Below the pieces are notes generated by a model that was not told the DNA's origin, searched no databases, and saw nothing but the letters and a program-made list of their open reading frames with translations. DNA of 64,000 bases from a virus. Numbering within the stretch: position 1 is the first letter of the stretch; every line of letters begins with the position of its first letter. Position numbers and translations under genes: made by a program. The stretch is from the IMG/VR virus record IMGVR_UViG_3300046820_002141, positions 7,446-71,445 of that record, one strand, 5' to 3'. Positions 10,707-20,928 of the stretch are shown in pieces.

Positions 10707-11455
10707 TGGAAGAAAACTTCAATATAAGTGGAAACACAGAAATTGAGTTAAAAAAGAAAGGTAGAAAACCAAAACAAGCTAACTATTTTGATGTAAGAGA
10801 AGAAATTGCGGTAATTAAATTTTTATCCGCAAACACTTTTGAAGAAAAAAATCAAATTTACAACGATTACCTAAGAAAACCTTTGGACAAAATGATATCT
10901 TCTATAATAAGAAGATATAAATTATACAGAAAAGACATGGATTTCATAGAAATTCATGTGGATACTCACTCGTTCTTAATGACCAAAATAGATAAGTTTA
11001 AGCCTTCTAAAGAAAAGAAGGCTTATTCTTACTTTGGGACCATATGTAAAAATTATCTGATGGGTCAAATTATAAAGGACCAAAAAGATATGAACAGAAA
11101 AATTTCATATGAGGACATTTCAACAGACTTGGAAAACAACCCTGATTATTCTTATAGTATTGATGGTGATTTTTTAGATTCAGAATTAATAATAAAAAAC
11201 TTTTTATTTGAGATTGATTCTCTACTACAAGGTGAAACCTTAAATGATAACGAGATTAAATTAGGTCAAGCCTTATATGATATTTTTGAAAATTATGAGG
11301 ATATTTTTGTAGGTACTTCCAATAATAAATTCAATAAAAATATAATTTTATTGTCTCTTAGAGAGATGACTAATCTAAGTACTAAGGAAATACGAAGTTC
11401 TATGAAAAAATATAAAGTTATATACCAAGGGTTGGTTCAAAATATGTTAAAATAA
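10706..11455 (+). CDS. phage late sigma factor-like protein (T4 gp55-like)
   Basis: KIDKFKPSKEKKAYSYFGTICKNYL resembles sigma region 2 of gp55-type factors. Confidence 0.6.
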   Translation: MEENFNISGNTEIELKKKGRKPKQANYFDVREEIAVIKFLSANTFEEKNQIYNDYLRKPLDKMISSIIRRYKLYRKDMDFIEIHVDTHSFLMTKIDKFKPSKEKKAYSYFGTICKNYLMGQIIKDQKDMNRKISYEDISTDLENNPDYSYSIDGDFLDSELIIKNFLFEIDSLLQGETLNDNEIKLGQALYDIFENYEDIFVGTSNNKFNKNIILLSLREMTNLSTKEIRSSMKKYKVIYQGLVQNMLK

Positions 11456-11481
11456 AATGAACAGAAAAACTATTTATTTAC

Positions 11482-11856
11482 ATGGCCAGACCTCAAAAAA
11501 AAGAAATTAATTTAACACAAGAATCAATCTTGGCTCTTATGCAAGAAATCTACAATGAATTAGTAGAACAAAGAAATACCGCCATAAGAATACAAAACAA
11601 AATGTTGTCTTTAATGAAAGAAACCGAGGACATGACGGTGTTAGGTCCCATTATTAAAGAACAACAAAAAATTATAAATGATTGTGTAGAAAAAAAATTA
11701 AGTCTATCTAAACTACAATCCGGCATTTGGGAAAAGACTAACTCCTCTAAAGAATCGTTTACATTATCTGATTTAGATGTTGACGACGACGTAATCCAAA
11801 GCTTGATGGAAAAGGATTTATCTAAAATGGATGAATCCTATAAAATGAAAAAATAA
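11482..11856 (+). CDS. hypothetical coiled-coil protein
   Basis: 124-aa ORF preceded by a TATTTAT motif. Confidence 0.7.
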   Translation: MARPQKKEINLTQESILALMQEIYNELVEQRNTAIRIQNKMLSLMKETEDMTVLGPIIKEQQKIINDCVEKKLSLSKLQSGIWEKTNSSKESFTLSDLDVDDDVIQSLMEKDLSKMDESYKMKK

Positions 11857-11861
11857 TAACC

Positions 11862-13772
11862 ATGCCATCAGTTGATTTAAGTGTTGATTACAAAAAAGTA
11901 CAGGACAAGATTACCGCTAACAAAACTTATACAGGTTTAAAATCTGATTACAACAAATTACAAAGAAAGGCCGGTGATACTTTTGAGGACCTTAAATCTG
12001 ATGTAACCTCAAGTATCGATAAAGTAAAAAATGATGTTAATAGGTATCAAAAACAAATAAAAGACCAATTAAGTCAATTATTAGATATTAACAATTTATC
12101 CTCCCCTCACGGTTCAAACACTATAAGATATCTAAAAAGAACATTATTAGTCGCTATAAAAAACATAGAGCCTAAAATTGCGGAAATTATTTTAGAGGAA
12201 TCTATTAATATTGTTGGTTGTGACCAACAACAAACCTTTACTCCCGGCCCAATTTTTATAAGAGTTAGCGCAGTTGATTTTGCAGGATTATTAAAATATG
12301 ACCCAAATGAAAAACCTGGTCTACTTCTATTTGAAAAATTACCTCCGAACCAACCGCAAGTCTACCCATTCTCAATGAATAGAGAATTATGGAATAGAAT
12401 TCAAAGTACATCGTCTTATTTTACTGATTATGGTACTTATTACAAAGGACAATCGGGTCAAGATTTATTCGATATACAATATGTGGAAACAGACTTAGCC
12501 GGCGTGACCGGTCCTTGGTTTAGGATTGATTTACAACCTAGAACTGGTGGTATAAATAAAGTTGGTGAATTTTTAGCAGATTACTACAAAACAATTAGAA
12601 TTGTTGATTTTAAAGTAACCATCGCATCAATAATGGAGGCGTTATCAGGAGCGATTTCAATTAAAGCAAATATAGGTTTGGTTGAAGTTGAGGACCAAAA
12701 AAAATTCGAAGCTATAGTCCAAAGAATTTTAGGATTATGTTTTGATAATAGAAAAGAAATAGATGTAAGTGGGATTTCTAAATTAGGTGAGCTAGATAAC
12801 ATCGACGAAAGTTTTTTTGAATTTACAGATATTCAGTTAAGACAAATAGAACAAGAAGTTTCAAATATAAAAAATGGTGTTGTTGAATTTTTAGATTGTA
12901 CTGATGTTAAATTACCGGTTAATTCAAATGATATTATTGACGGATTGGGTCAAATGAATTTTGTACCAGATGACGATGAGATTACTATTGCAAATAATAT
13001 TACTGACTCTTTAATTAATAACCCTGAATGGGTTAAATTAGGTATCAGGGGTAATATAGAAGCATCAGTTAACTTTAGATTTGTTAAACTGATGGTTCAA
13101 GGACTGATATCAGGTTTGCTTTTGCCAAAAGTGTTATTACCCATCTTTACAATGTTAAAGGCTCTCGGACAATTTATAGATGAACAAATCCAAAGTTACA
13201 TGGATTTTTTACGACTACTCAAAACAAAAGTTATAAATTTAATTTCAAGGATTGGGGGGTTATTAATACAAGAGATTTTTAACATAATTAAAAAAGATAT
13301 AAAAAATTTAATTCAACAAATTATCTCTGATGTTATTAAAGAAAAAGTAGATAAGAGAATTATTATGATTTTAAAACTAATCCAGTTATTAATTGTTGTT
13401 GCGCAATTTATAAAAGATTGGAGAGAGTGTAAAAGTGTGGTCGATGAACTTTTATGGTTATTAAGAATTGCAACTAATGGGTGGGGTGGTGAAATACCAT
13501 TACCTCTACTATTTGCATCTAGACTATTAGATGGTTTCTCAAGTACTAGGGCCTTTATCGGTACTATAGAGGAATTACAGAAAATAGGAATCCCGACCGG
13601 ACCAATGCCTGACGGTAGCCCTAATTTGACTGTATTGAGTATGTTTAGTCAAATGAAAGCATCATCGGCTGAAGAGGCTGAAAATGGAAAAGTACAAATA
13701 GCAATAGGTCCTTTGGCTATAACACCAGCGGGGTTAACAATCCCACAAAGTGCTTTCGGTAAAAAAATATAA
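11862..13772 (+). CDS. hypothetical protein, probably virion-associated
   Basis: 636-aa ORF in an operon with a gp5-like gene. Confidence 0.7.
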   Translation: MPSVDLSVDYKKVQDKITANKTYTGLKSDYNKLQRKAGDTFEDLKSDVTSSIDKVKNDVNRYQKQIKDQLSQLLDINNLSSPHGSNTIRYLKRTLLVAIKNIEPKIAEIILEESINIVGCDQQQTFTPGPIFIRVSAVDFAGLLKYDPNEKPGLLLFEKLPPNQPQVYPFSMNRELWNRIQSTSSYFTDYGTYYKGQSGQDLFDIQYVETDLAGVTGPWFRIDLQPRTGGINKVGEFLADYYKTIRIVDFKVTIASIMEALSGAISIKANIGLVEVEDQKKFEAIVQRILGLCFDNRKEIDVSGISKLGELDNIDESFFEFTDIQLRQIEQEVSNIKNGVVEFLDCTDVKLPVNSNDIIDGLGQMNFVPDDDEITIANNITDSLINNPEWVKLGIRGNIEASVNFRFVKLMVQGLISGLLLPKVLLPIFTMLKALGQFIDEQIQSYMDFLRLLKTKVINLISRIGGLLIQEIFNIIKKDIKNLIQQIISDVIKEKVDKRIIMILKLIQLLIVVAQFIKDWRECKSVVDELLWLLRIATNGWGGEIPLPLLFASRLLDGFSSTRAFIGTIEELQKIGIPTGPMPDGSPNLTVLSMFSQMKASSAEEAENGKVQIAIGPLAITPAGLTIPQSAFGKKI

Positions 13773-13774
13773 AA

Positions 13775-13987
13775 ATGATAGACAAAGATAATATTCAGAA
13801 AGTATCTAACATAATATCGGACTATAAATCACAGTCTAATAAAGATTTAATGTTCGCCATGGACTTTATTCAAACAGATTTTAATTTTACTAAAGATAAA
13901 ATTGTTGAATTAACTAATCATTTAGATAAATTAGAAGTTGCTTATAAAAAACTTTTAGACGAATATAAAAATAGAACTAACACATAA
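13775..13987 (+). CDS. hypothetical protein
   Basis: 70-aa ORF translationally coupled to the next gene (TAATG). Confidence 0.7.
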   Translation: MIDKDNIQKVSNIISDYKSQSNKDLMFAMDFIQTDFNFTKDKIVELTNHLDKLEVAYKKLLDEYKNRTNT

Positions 13988-15594
13988 TGAATATAACGAA
14001 AGAAAACGAGCATCAAATAATATTTGTTGGCGAAGTTATGGCTAGAAATGACCCAAAAATGTTAGGTAGGGTTAGAGCTAAACCATTATATAGTGAAAAT
14101 TTTAATGATATTATCGAGTCTATTGAATCCACGTATTTAAGAAGTGATAGAAAAGATTTAAAACAAGAATATTGGTGGACCGAAAAAGATAAATTTGTTT
14201 TTTTACCTCTACTACCTTTTTACATTAGCCAAGTTCCAGAAAAGGATGAGTATGTTCATTTAATTTATCAGAACAAAAAATTCCTTTTTGACAACCAGTT
14301 CTATATTCAGGGGCCGTTTTCATCACCAATGAATTCCAAATTTGAATATCAAAAATCATCTGAGTCTATTTTGGCTTCGGGAGATAGATACAAACTTGGT
14401 ATTAATTTGAAAAATAACGATGGTTCTCCTATGGAGGGTTCTACCAAAGGTATATTTCCAGACCCTGGTGACAATGCTTTATTAGGTCGCGGTAGTGCCG
14501 ATGTTATTGTAAAATCAGAAGAGGTTTTAATTAGGGCAGGAAAAACAAAAACAAGTGATTTAAATCCTAATAATTTTCCGAAAGCTTTAAATAATCGTGG
14601 ATTTTTACAAATATCTAATTTTTTATCCACTCAAGTTGAGGGCCCAAATCAAACTAAATTCTCAATGAGAAAAGTAGTTCAAAAAATAAAAAAAATCATT
14701 ATTTGGAATATAACAGATTTAGGTAATACGGCAAATGTTTTTAACGGTAGTATAAATCTATATAAAATGTTAGATGGGACAACCGCAACTACCGAAAATC
14801 TAAAATTAGAATCCGCTGAAAAATTATCGGTAGGTACCGACTACGGGGCTTTATTAGAAAGTATTCCAATAGTAAACAAAACTTTTGATGAAACTATTTT
14901 TATATTCAATCAGTTTATTGATAGTTTGTTTGAAGGTAGTAACAAAATACAAAATTATCAAATAAATTCTGATTTAAATTTTTCAGGTCCGAATAGATTT
15001 CCGTTTGTTGTGATACCTTCAAAAATCACATACCAAACCGCATTTAGATTTAGGTCTCCAAATAACGATAATGAAATTATTGAACAAAATAACTTTGCAA
15101 AATTTTTCGATAATATTAAAGTAAAAAATTCAGACTACGACAAAGGATTTTTTATTGTTTCTGCAAATAACGATAATCTGCCCACGTTTAATTCTTTAAG
15201 TAAACCAATATCTCAGGATGTTACAGTAACTGACGTATTAGACTCACCTATAACTTACTCTATTATGGGTGGACAAAGAATTTATTTACTTTCTCACGAT
15301 TCACAAGGTCCTAAAGGTAGAATAGATATTCCAGAGACAATATACGGTATTCAACAGAATGATTTTGTAAAAGATGGAGGCATATACGATAAAAGTTACC
15401 CAACTGTAAGAGGTGATGAATTAATTGTGGTATTAAGAAAAATATTCGAATTTGTTAAAGGTCATGTTCATCCAATTGCAACAGTCGCTCCAATTCCAGT
15501 TTCTTCAGGTAATGGTCAAACAACTCTGGAGATTGACCAGTTGCTCGCCAACGCCGAAAACACCATTCTGAATCAACAAATAAGAATTAATTGA
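13987..15594 (+). CDS. baseplate hub/spike-like protein (gp5/GpV OB-fold N-terminus)
   Basis: GEVMARNDPKMLGRVRAK N-terminus; C-terminal VRGDEL...GHVHP (HxH spike-like motif). Confidence 0.6.
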   Translation: MNITKENEHQIIFVGEVMARNDPKMLGRVRAKPLYSENFNDIIESIESTYLRSDRKDLKQEYWWTEKDKFVFLPLLPFYISQVPEKDEYVHLIYQNKKFLFDNQFYIQGPFSSPMNSKFEYQKSSESILASGDRYKLGINLKNNDGSPMEGSTKGIFPDPGDNALLGRGSADVIVKSEEVLIRAGKTKTSDLNPNNFPKALNNRGFLQISNFLSTQVEGPNQTKFSMRKVVQKIKKIIIWNITDLGNTANVFNGSINLYKMLDGTTATTENLKLESAEKLSVGTDYGALLESIPIVNKTFDETIFIFNQFIDSLFEGSNKIQNYQINSDLNFSGPNRFPFVVIPSKITYQTAFRFRSPNNDNEIIEQNNFAKFFDNIKVKNSDYDKGFFIVSANNDNLPTFNSLSKPISQDVTVTDVLDSPITYSIMGGQRIYLLSHDSQGPKGRIDIPETIYGIQQNDFVKDGGIYDKSYPTVRGDELIVVLRKIFEFVKGHVHPIATVAPIPVSSGNGQTTLEIDQLLANAENTILNQQIRIN

Positions 15595-15616
15595 TATTTA
15601 TATTTAAATAATATCG

Positions 15617-17077
15617 ATGTCAATTCATAATTCCTATTTTAGTAAAAATAACACTATAATATCTAACAGTTACGTAAACACGGGTAGAAATCCCGTGACT
15701 GAATTATTTTATGGTTCAACTATAGTATTACAATATCCTCAAGGATTTAGTCGATTTATTTTCAATCTCGATTTAGAATTACTACAAAGTAAAGTTAATG
15801 ATGGTACTATAAGTATTGATTGTTCTAATAGTATGAAACATACTCTTAGAATGACTAATACTTCTACTTTTGATAAAGAATTATTAAATACTATTACCTC
15901 TCAGGGAAGAATGAGAGCCACGTCATTTGATTTAATATTATTTAGAATACCTCAGAACCAATATTGGGATGAAGGTGTCGGATACGACTTTGGGGACTTG
16001 GTTTATGAATTTAGTGAAAATGATAAAAATTATTCAACTCGTCCGTCCAACTGGTATCAAACAACAACAATAGGTGAGTGGTCTGAACCAGGTATCTATA
16101 ATAATAGAAATCAAGGTGTGGTAAACTATAGCGGATTGACTATTGTTGATACTCAACATTTCCAATTTGGAGATGAGAATATATCATTTGATATGACAAG
16201 TGAAATTAATTCTATTTTAAGTGGTAGTCTTACAGGTGTTACAGGATGGGGAATTGCCTTTAAACCTGAGGTTGAGGATTTGGCCGACTTAACTGAAACA
16301 TACGAAGTTCAGTTTTTTACAAGACATACTCAGACATTCTATGAACCATTTTTGGAAACAAATTATAATGATTTAATAGAGGACGATAGAAATGATTTTA
16401 TATTAGGTAAACAAAACAAACTATACCTTTACATTTTTGACGATGGAAATCCTATTAATTTAGATTCCAATCCAACTGTTACATTATCTGACCAGACAGG
16501 TTCCCCGATATTTGGGTTAACAGGGTTAACATCATGTAGAAGAACCAAAGGGGTTTATGAAGTGACAATACCACCACTTGCGTCTTACAAAACACCATGT
16601 ACTTTTAATGACAAATGGACTGGACTATTATTAAACGGATTCCCTCTTCCTGATGTGAATAATACATTTATTTTATACCCACTAAAAAAATCAATACAGA
16701 TTGGTCCCAAATCATACGACCCTAAACTTTATGGATTTGATTTTTATGGCATAAAACAAGACGAAAAAATATATAATAGTGACATTAGAAAAGTTGGTGT
16801 TATAATAAAACAGGCCTACACAACTAATAAACAATTACCTAATGTGGATTGTTTTTATAGAGTTTATGTTAGAGAGGGTCAAACCGAAGTTCAAGTACAG
16901 GACTGGACTCAAATTAATAGAACGCCTAATGAATATTACTTTATATTTGATACGAGAGACAAAATTCCAAATGAGTATTACGTTGATATTAAAGTAGAAA
17001 GTAGCGGGGAAATAAACACATATAAAAGAACTTTGAAATTTCAAATAGTTAATTTGAAATATTTTGAAAACTTATAA
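15617..17077 (+). CDS. putative virion structural protein
   Basis: 486-aa beta-rich ORF with WDEGVGYD; preceded by TATTTATA. Confidence 0.6.
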   Translation: MSIHNSYFSKNNTIISNSYVNTGRNPVTELFYGSTIVLQYPQGFSRFIFNLDLELLQSKVNDGTISIDCSNSMKHTLRMTNTSTFDKELLNTITSQGRMRATSFDLILFRIPQNQYWDEGVGYDFGDLVYEFSENDKNYSTRPSNWYQTTTIGEWSEPGIYNNRNQGVVNYSGLTIVDTQHFQFGDENISFDMTSEINSILSGSLTGVTGWGIAFKPEVEDLADLTETYEVQFFTRHTQTFYEPFLETNYNDLIEDDRNDFILGKQNKLYLYIFDDGNPINLDSNPTVTLSDQTGSPIFGLTGLTSCRRTKGVYEVTIPPLASYKTPCTFNDKWTGLLLNGFPLPDVNNTFILYPLKKSIQIGPKSYDPKLYGFDFYGIKQDEKIYNSDIRKVGVIIKQAYTTNKQLPNVDCFYRVYVREGQTEVQVQDWTQINRTPNEYYFIFDTRDKIPNEYYVDIKVESSGEINTYKRTLKFQIVNLKYFENL

Positions 17078-17097
17078 TATTTATAAAAAAAAACACT

Positions 17098-17673
17098 ATG
17101 AAAAAATCATTGAGTATAAGTAACGAAGAAAGAAATCGAATCTCCAAGCTTCATGAATCTGCCATTAAACGTGAAATAATTTCCGAACAGCCGTATATTG
17201 CCGATATGGGTAAATGGGAAAAATTTCCTTGTGTAATGCAACATAAAGACGCTAAAAGAGCTAAATTATCCGACGGAACTTTCGCATTCTTTATTGGTAA
17301 AGACGTTTACTATAACAATGGTAGAAAAAAATTAGCAGATGGGACCATGGCTAATTATTCGTGTAATGACGAGATTTTCAAGTCATCAGCTCCTGTTGAG
17401 GTATCTCCTGAAACACCAGCCGAAGTATCTCCCGAAACTACGTCCACTACAACAAAACAACCATTATCTTACTATGTTAAAGAGGCTCAAAAGTTGATTG
17501 GTATGCCAGAATCAGAACAAGATGGTAAATTTGGACCTAAAACATTAGAGGCGTTACAGAACTTTTTATCTAAAATTAATTCTGCAGAAAAAACAAGCAC
17601 TGAAGACGCGTCAGAACCTAGTACATCTAAACCAAATTCATTCAAAGATTTTACAAATCCTTTGGTTGCTTAG
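17098..17673 (+). CDS. protein with peptidoglycan-binding-like module
   Basis: YVKEAQKLIG...DGKFGPKTLEAL (PG_binding_1-like DGxFGxxT). Confidence 0.6.
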   Translation: MKKSLSISNEERNRISKLHESAIKREIISEQPYIADMGKWEKFPCVMQHKDAKRAKLSDGTFAFFIGKDVYYNNGRKKLADGTMANYSCNDEIFKSSAPVEVSPETPAEVSPETTSTTTKQPLSYYVKEAQKLIGMPESEQDGKFGPKTLEALQNFLSKINSAEKTSTEDASEPSTSKPNSFKDFTNPLVA

Positions 17674-17896
17674 TATCTAAATTTAACTTAGATATAACTC
17701 TTATAGATTTTGATATAACCTCAGATTCACCCATTGAGTATGTGTTAAGATGGTATGCGTGTTTTACAGCCTGTACCAAAAGATACAATGCATCTTTTTC
17801 AGACATAGTTGATAAAATTAAATCTAAATGTTCTTCACTTAATAATGTCACGGTGTTGAATAACTTTCCAAACTCTTTATTTTCATAATTTTCCAT
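17651..17896 (-). CDS. hypothetical protein
   Basis: 81-aa ORF filling the gap between two + strand genes. Confidence 0.65.
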   Translation of the reverse strand: MENYENKEFGKLFNTVTLLSEEHLDLILSTMSEKDALYLLVQAVKHAYHLNTYSMGESEVISKSIRVISKLNLDTKQPKDL

Positions 17897-17942
17897 TTTA
17901 ATTAGTATTAGATATTTATAAGTATAGTAAACAAGAAAGACT

Positions 17943-18668
17943 TTGTTAATGGATTTAAAAAATAAAATTATACAATATTTAAAAGAAGCAACTACTGAAA
18001 ATGGTAGTCGTGGGTCTTACAGTTTACCTATTCAACCAGGATTTAGAAAATTTAAAAAAACTCAGTTAGGACCATTTACAGACCAAGTATCTAAATATAA
18101 TAATGCAGAACTAAACTATGATAGTTTAGACGGACACATGGATGAACCTAAAAAAAAGATTAAAAAAATGGAAAAAAAATCCAATAAAATATCTAACTAT
18201 AAAAAAAATCATCCAACTATTAATGACGATGACGGAGATATAATTAATCCAACACCTGGTAAACTTAATGAATGGATTGAGATTACTGAAAGTACTGTAT
18301 TAGAAGATTTAGGGGTATGGTTTGGTACTAAAAAGAAACCCAAAGGTAGTAAACAACCTAAAGGTCCGTGGGTTAATATATGTAGAAAAAAAGAAGGTGG
18401 AGGACATCCTCCTTGTGGTAGACCTGAAGCAGATTCAAAAGGTTATCCCAAGTGTAGAGCGGCGGGAGTCGCTTCCAAAATGACAGACGCTCAAAAAAGA
18501 GCCGCCTGTCAACAAAAAAGAAGAGCCGAAAAAAGTAACCCAAAATCAGGAACTGGTAATTCGCCAACTATGGTTTCATACAAACCAAAGAAACAAAACG
18601 AACAAATTAAACTGACTGAGAGTCAAATGAAGAGACTTATAAACACTGTTTTAAACAACGGTCTCTGA
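17943..18668 (+). CDS. basic Cys-containing hypothetical protein
   Basis: DLGVWFG...WVNIC...CGR...YPKC domain; C-terminal IKLTESQMKRLI motif. Confidence 0.7.
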   Translation: MLMDLKNKIIQYLKEATTENGSRGSYSLPIQPGFRKFKKTQLGPFTDQVSKYNNAELNYDSLDGHMDEPKKKIKKMEKKSNKISNYKKNHPTINDDDGDIINPTPGKLNEWIEITESTVLEDLGVWFGTKKKPKGSKQPKGPWVNICRKKEGGGHPPCGRPEADSKGYPKCRAAGVASKMTDAQKRAACQQKRRAEKSNPKSGTGNSPTMVSYKPKKQNEQIKLTESQMKRLINTVLNNGL

Positions 18669-19073
18669 TTCGTATGAACTTATGGTTGTGAATATCTTAT
18701 CTAAAGAGTGTTTAATTTGACCCTCTAGTTCACGTTCCATAATCTTAGCCCTAATCTCCATTTCTTTAAAAAAGAAATTATTTAACTTTTCAGATTGATT
18801 TGGGCTGAGTTTAATGAAATAACTATACGTATGGTTAGTGATTGTTACTTCATGTCCGTCTTTAGTTATGAATATACCTAATTCTTGGTTTTTAATGTAC
18901 ATCTTTTCAGAGATTGGTGCTATCAACAATTCTGAATTTTTGTCATGGATTAATTTACGACAAATAAAGGTACATTGACTTGTGTTAACTTTTGATAACT
19001 CAGATTCCATAGATGTAAATCTATTTATTTTTCTGAGAAATAACTTGTAGCGGATTATTAACTTTTTTAACAT
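18651..19073 (-). CDS. hypothetical protein
   Basis: ATG at 19073, just downstream of a Bacteroidota-type promoter. Confidence 0.7.
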   Translation of the reverse strand: MLKKLIIRYKLFLRKINRFTSMESELSKVNTSQCTFICRKLIHDKNSELLIAPISEKMYIKNQELGIFITKDGHEVTITNHTYSYFIKLSPNQSEKLNNFFFKEMEIRAKIMERELEGQIKHSLDKIFTTISSYESETVV

Positions 19074-19091
19074 ATTAGGTGTTTTGTGGTA

Positions 19092-19122
19092 CAAATATAC
19101 GACAAAACTCCAATCCCACAAA
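19092..19122 (-). promoter_or_regulatory. Bacteroidota sigma-A type promoter
   Basis: Minus strand TTTG-N19-TATATTTG. Confidence 0.7.
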
Positions 19123-19124
19123 AA

Positions 19125-19652
19125 TTATTTATTCTTTTTAGGTGTTAAAATATATCCCAATTCGACTACGGCACCAACTGCTAAGGCAGGTAACCATACC
19201 CCTGTAACGACAGCCGCAACCGCTCCAACTGCGACAATACTAGTACCAACAGTTGCTCTTTTCCACCTCATTTTCTTTTTCTGTTCTTGTGATATTTTTT
19301 CTTGGGCCTGTTCTAATTGACTCTCTAAATTCTGATTTTTTAATGCAGAATTCATGGCCTCTTCTTCCAAATCTTTATAATTATCAAATAAACCAAAAAA
19401 CGCTTCTCTTGATAATAAGAGAGCGTCTGTACAATCACTTGAGTATTTAAAAATTGAGTCTATCTCACTTTTGTAAGAATCCCTCAACGCTAATCTCTTT
19501 AATACTTCTCCCTCCTGTCTTTTGGTTAAGAATATTCCAGTGTCCCCTCGGTACACTATCCTCTTTGGACGTATAGTCTGACCAAAGTTTGTCCCTATCA
19601 CGGTCAACATAAGTACCAATAGAAGGAGTGAGTTTTGTAATATTTGTCTCAT
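19125..19652 (-). CDS. membrane protein with signal peptide, coiled coil and C-terminal TM (spanin-like candidate)
   Basis: Hydrophobic N-terminus LLLLVLMLTVIG, coiled coil, hydrophobic C-terminus; overlaps the upstream gene. Confidence 0.55.
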   Translation of the reverse strand: MRQILQNSLLLLVLMLTVIGTNFGQTIRPKRIVYRGDTGIFLTKRQEGEVLKRLALRDSYKSEIDSIFKYSSDCTDALLLSREAFFGLFDNYKDLEEEAMNSALKNQNLESQLEQAQEKISQEQKKKMRWKRATVGTSIVAVGAVAAVVTGVWLPALAVGAVVELGYILTPKKNK

Positions 19653-19893
19653 AATTTATTATAGTTTCATCTTGATAATCACGTTCTCTTTGTAGGAAAG
19701 ACAACAATAGTTCTTTGTTTGATAACTTTAGTGACTTAATTGAATCTCTTAATTGTTCTACTTGACGCGATGACGTGACTACCTTTGGTTGTTCTTCCTC
19801 ATACTTAAAATTATTCTTTAAAAGAAAGATGTAAGCCAAAAGTATTATAATGGCAAAAATAAAGATATAATCCTTTAATTTACTCTTGTTCAT
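19465..19893 (-). CDS. N-terminal TM coiled-coil protein (i-spanin-like candidate)
   Basis: YIFIFAIIILLAYIFLL TM segment followed by coiled coil. Confidence 0.55.
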   Translation of the reverse strand: MNKSKLKDYIFIFAIIILLAYIFLLKNNFKYEEEQPKVVTSSRQVEQLRDSIKSLKLSNKELLLSFLQRERDYQDETIINYETNITKLTPSIGTYVDRDRDKLWSDYTSKEDSVPRGHWNILNQKTGGRSIKEISVEGFLQK

Positions 19894-20401
19894 TATCTAA
19901 TAATAAGGATAATTTGTTAAAATTCAAGAGACTGATAAATTCAATCCAAGTTTCTAAATCATTTTCATTTCTACCTATGTTTGCTGAGTAACAACAAAGA
20001 ACTACGTTATCTTTTGTATAGCCTTTATTTCTATCTAATCTATCTATTGATGGTTGTTGGGGGTGTTTAGACTTACTTGAGGGGATTAATGGTATTTTAA
20101 ACCAATAGCAAAGTCCTTTTTGATTTTCAAACATTTCATTTATATCGGCAACAGTTAATGTATTTTCAATATTTCTATGTTTTGAATCGTGTATTAAAGT
20201 ATTTTGCCAAAGTCTGACTCTTCTTTCCTTTTGTTTTTTACCTTCAAGTTTTCTAAATTCTAAATTTTTTCTTTTTTCTCTTTTATATTCTCTGGTCACA
20301 TTTAATATACATAATTTACATTTTTTCCCCCTTTGTGATTTGTAAAAATCATCTACAGGTTTTGCTTCACCGCAAATATTACAAGTTTTATGTGTTTCCA
20401 T
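19880..20401 (-). CDS. HNH-type (homing) endonuclease
   Basis: N-terminal CxxC...CxxC; SIDRLDRNKGYTKDNVVLCCYSAN; likely start ATG 20401. Confidence 0.75.
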   Translation of the reverse strand: METHKTCNICGEAKPVDDFYKSQRGKKCKLCILNVTREYKREKRKNLEFRKLEGKKQKERRVRLWQNTLIHDSKHRNIENTLTVADINEMFENQKGLCYWFKIPLIPSSKSKHPQQPSIDRLDRNKGYTKDNVVLCCYSANIGRNENDLETWIEFISLLNFNKLSLLLDNEQE

Positions 20402-20447
20402 ATATATAAATATACGGATATACTTAAAAATACAAAAAAAAGAAGAA

Positions 20448-20927
20448 TTACTTCTTCTTTTTTGAACCACAATATGGTGGAGAACATCTTTTTTTACCAT
20501 CTAATCCAGGCATCCTTCCTTTACATACTTGAACTCCGTAACCTGAGCTATATGCGGAAGGAAATACTTTAAACTTCGCCTTTGCGGCAGCGTAACCTCT
20601 TGAACACAATTTCGTACCGGCCTTTTTACGACCTTCCATCATAACCATTTCTTCTTCATCTGATTGGTCATCTAAATCACTTTCATCAGAAGTTTCATTC
20701 ATTAAAAAATCAAACACTTGGTCCATATTATTCTTCGCTTCGGCAATATGGTCCTGTGCCCAATCGTGACCGTTGTCCAAAATAGAATCTATCTCATCTC
20801 TATTTTTACTTAACAATATATCACATTGTCTTCTCATTTGTTCTAAATTGGAAAAGAACATGTATCTGTCAGAAGTTTGTTCTTCTAATACTTTTTTAAT
20901 TAGATTTTGTAGTTTGTTGTTTTTCAT
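20448..20927 (-). CDS. hypothetical protein
   Basis: N-terminal LQNLIKKVLEE; C-terminal basic Cys domain with FPSAY. Confidence 0.75.
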   Translation of the reverse strand: MKNNKLQNLIKKVLEEQTSDRYMFFSNLEQMRRQCDILLSKNRDEIDSILDNGHDWAQDHIAEAKNNMDQVFDFLMNETSDESDLDDQSDEEEMVMMEGRKKAGTKLCSRGYAAAKAKFKVFPSAYSSGYGVQVCKGRMPGLDGKKRCSPPYCGSKKKK

Positions 20928-20928
20928 T

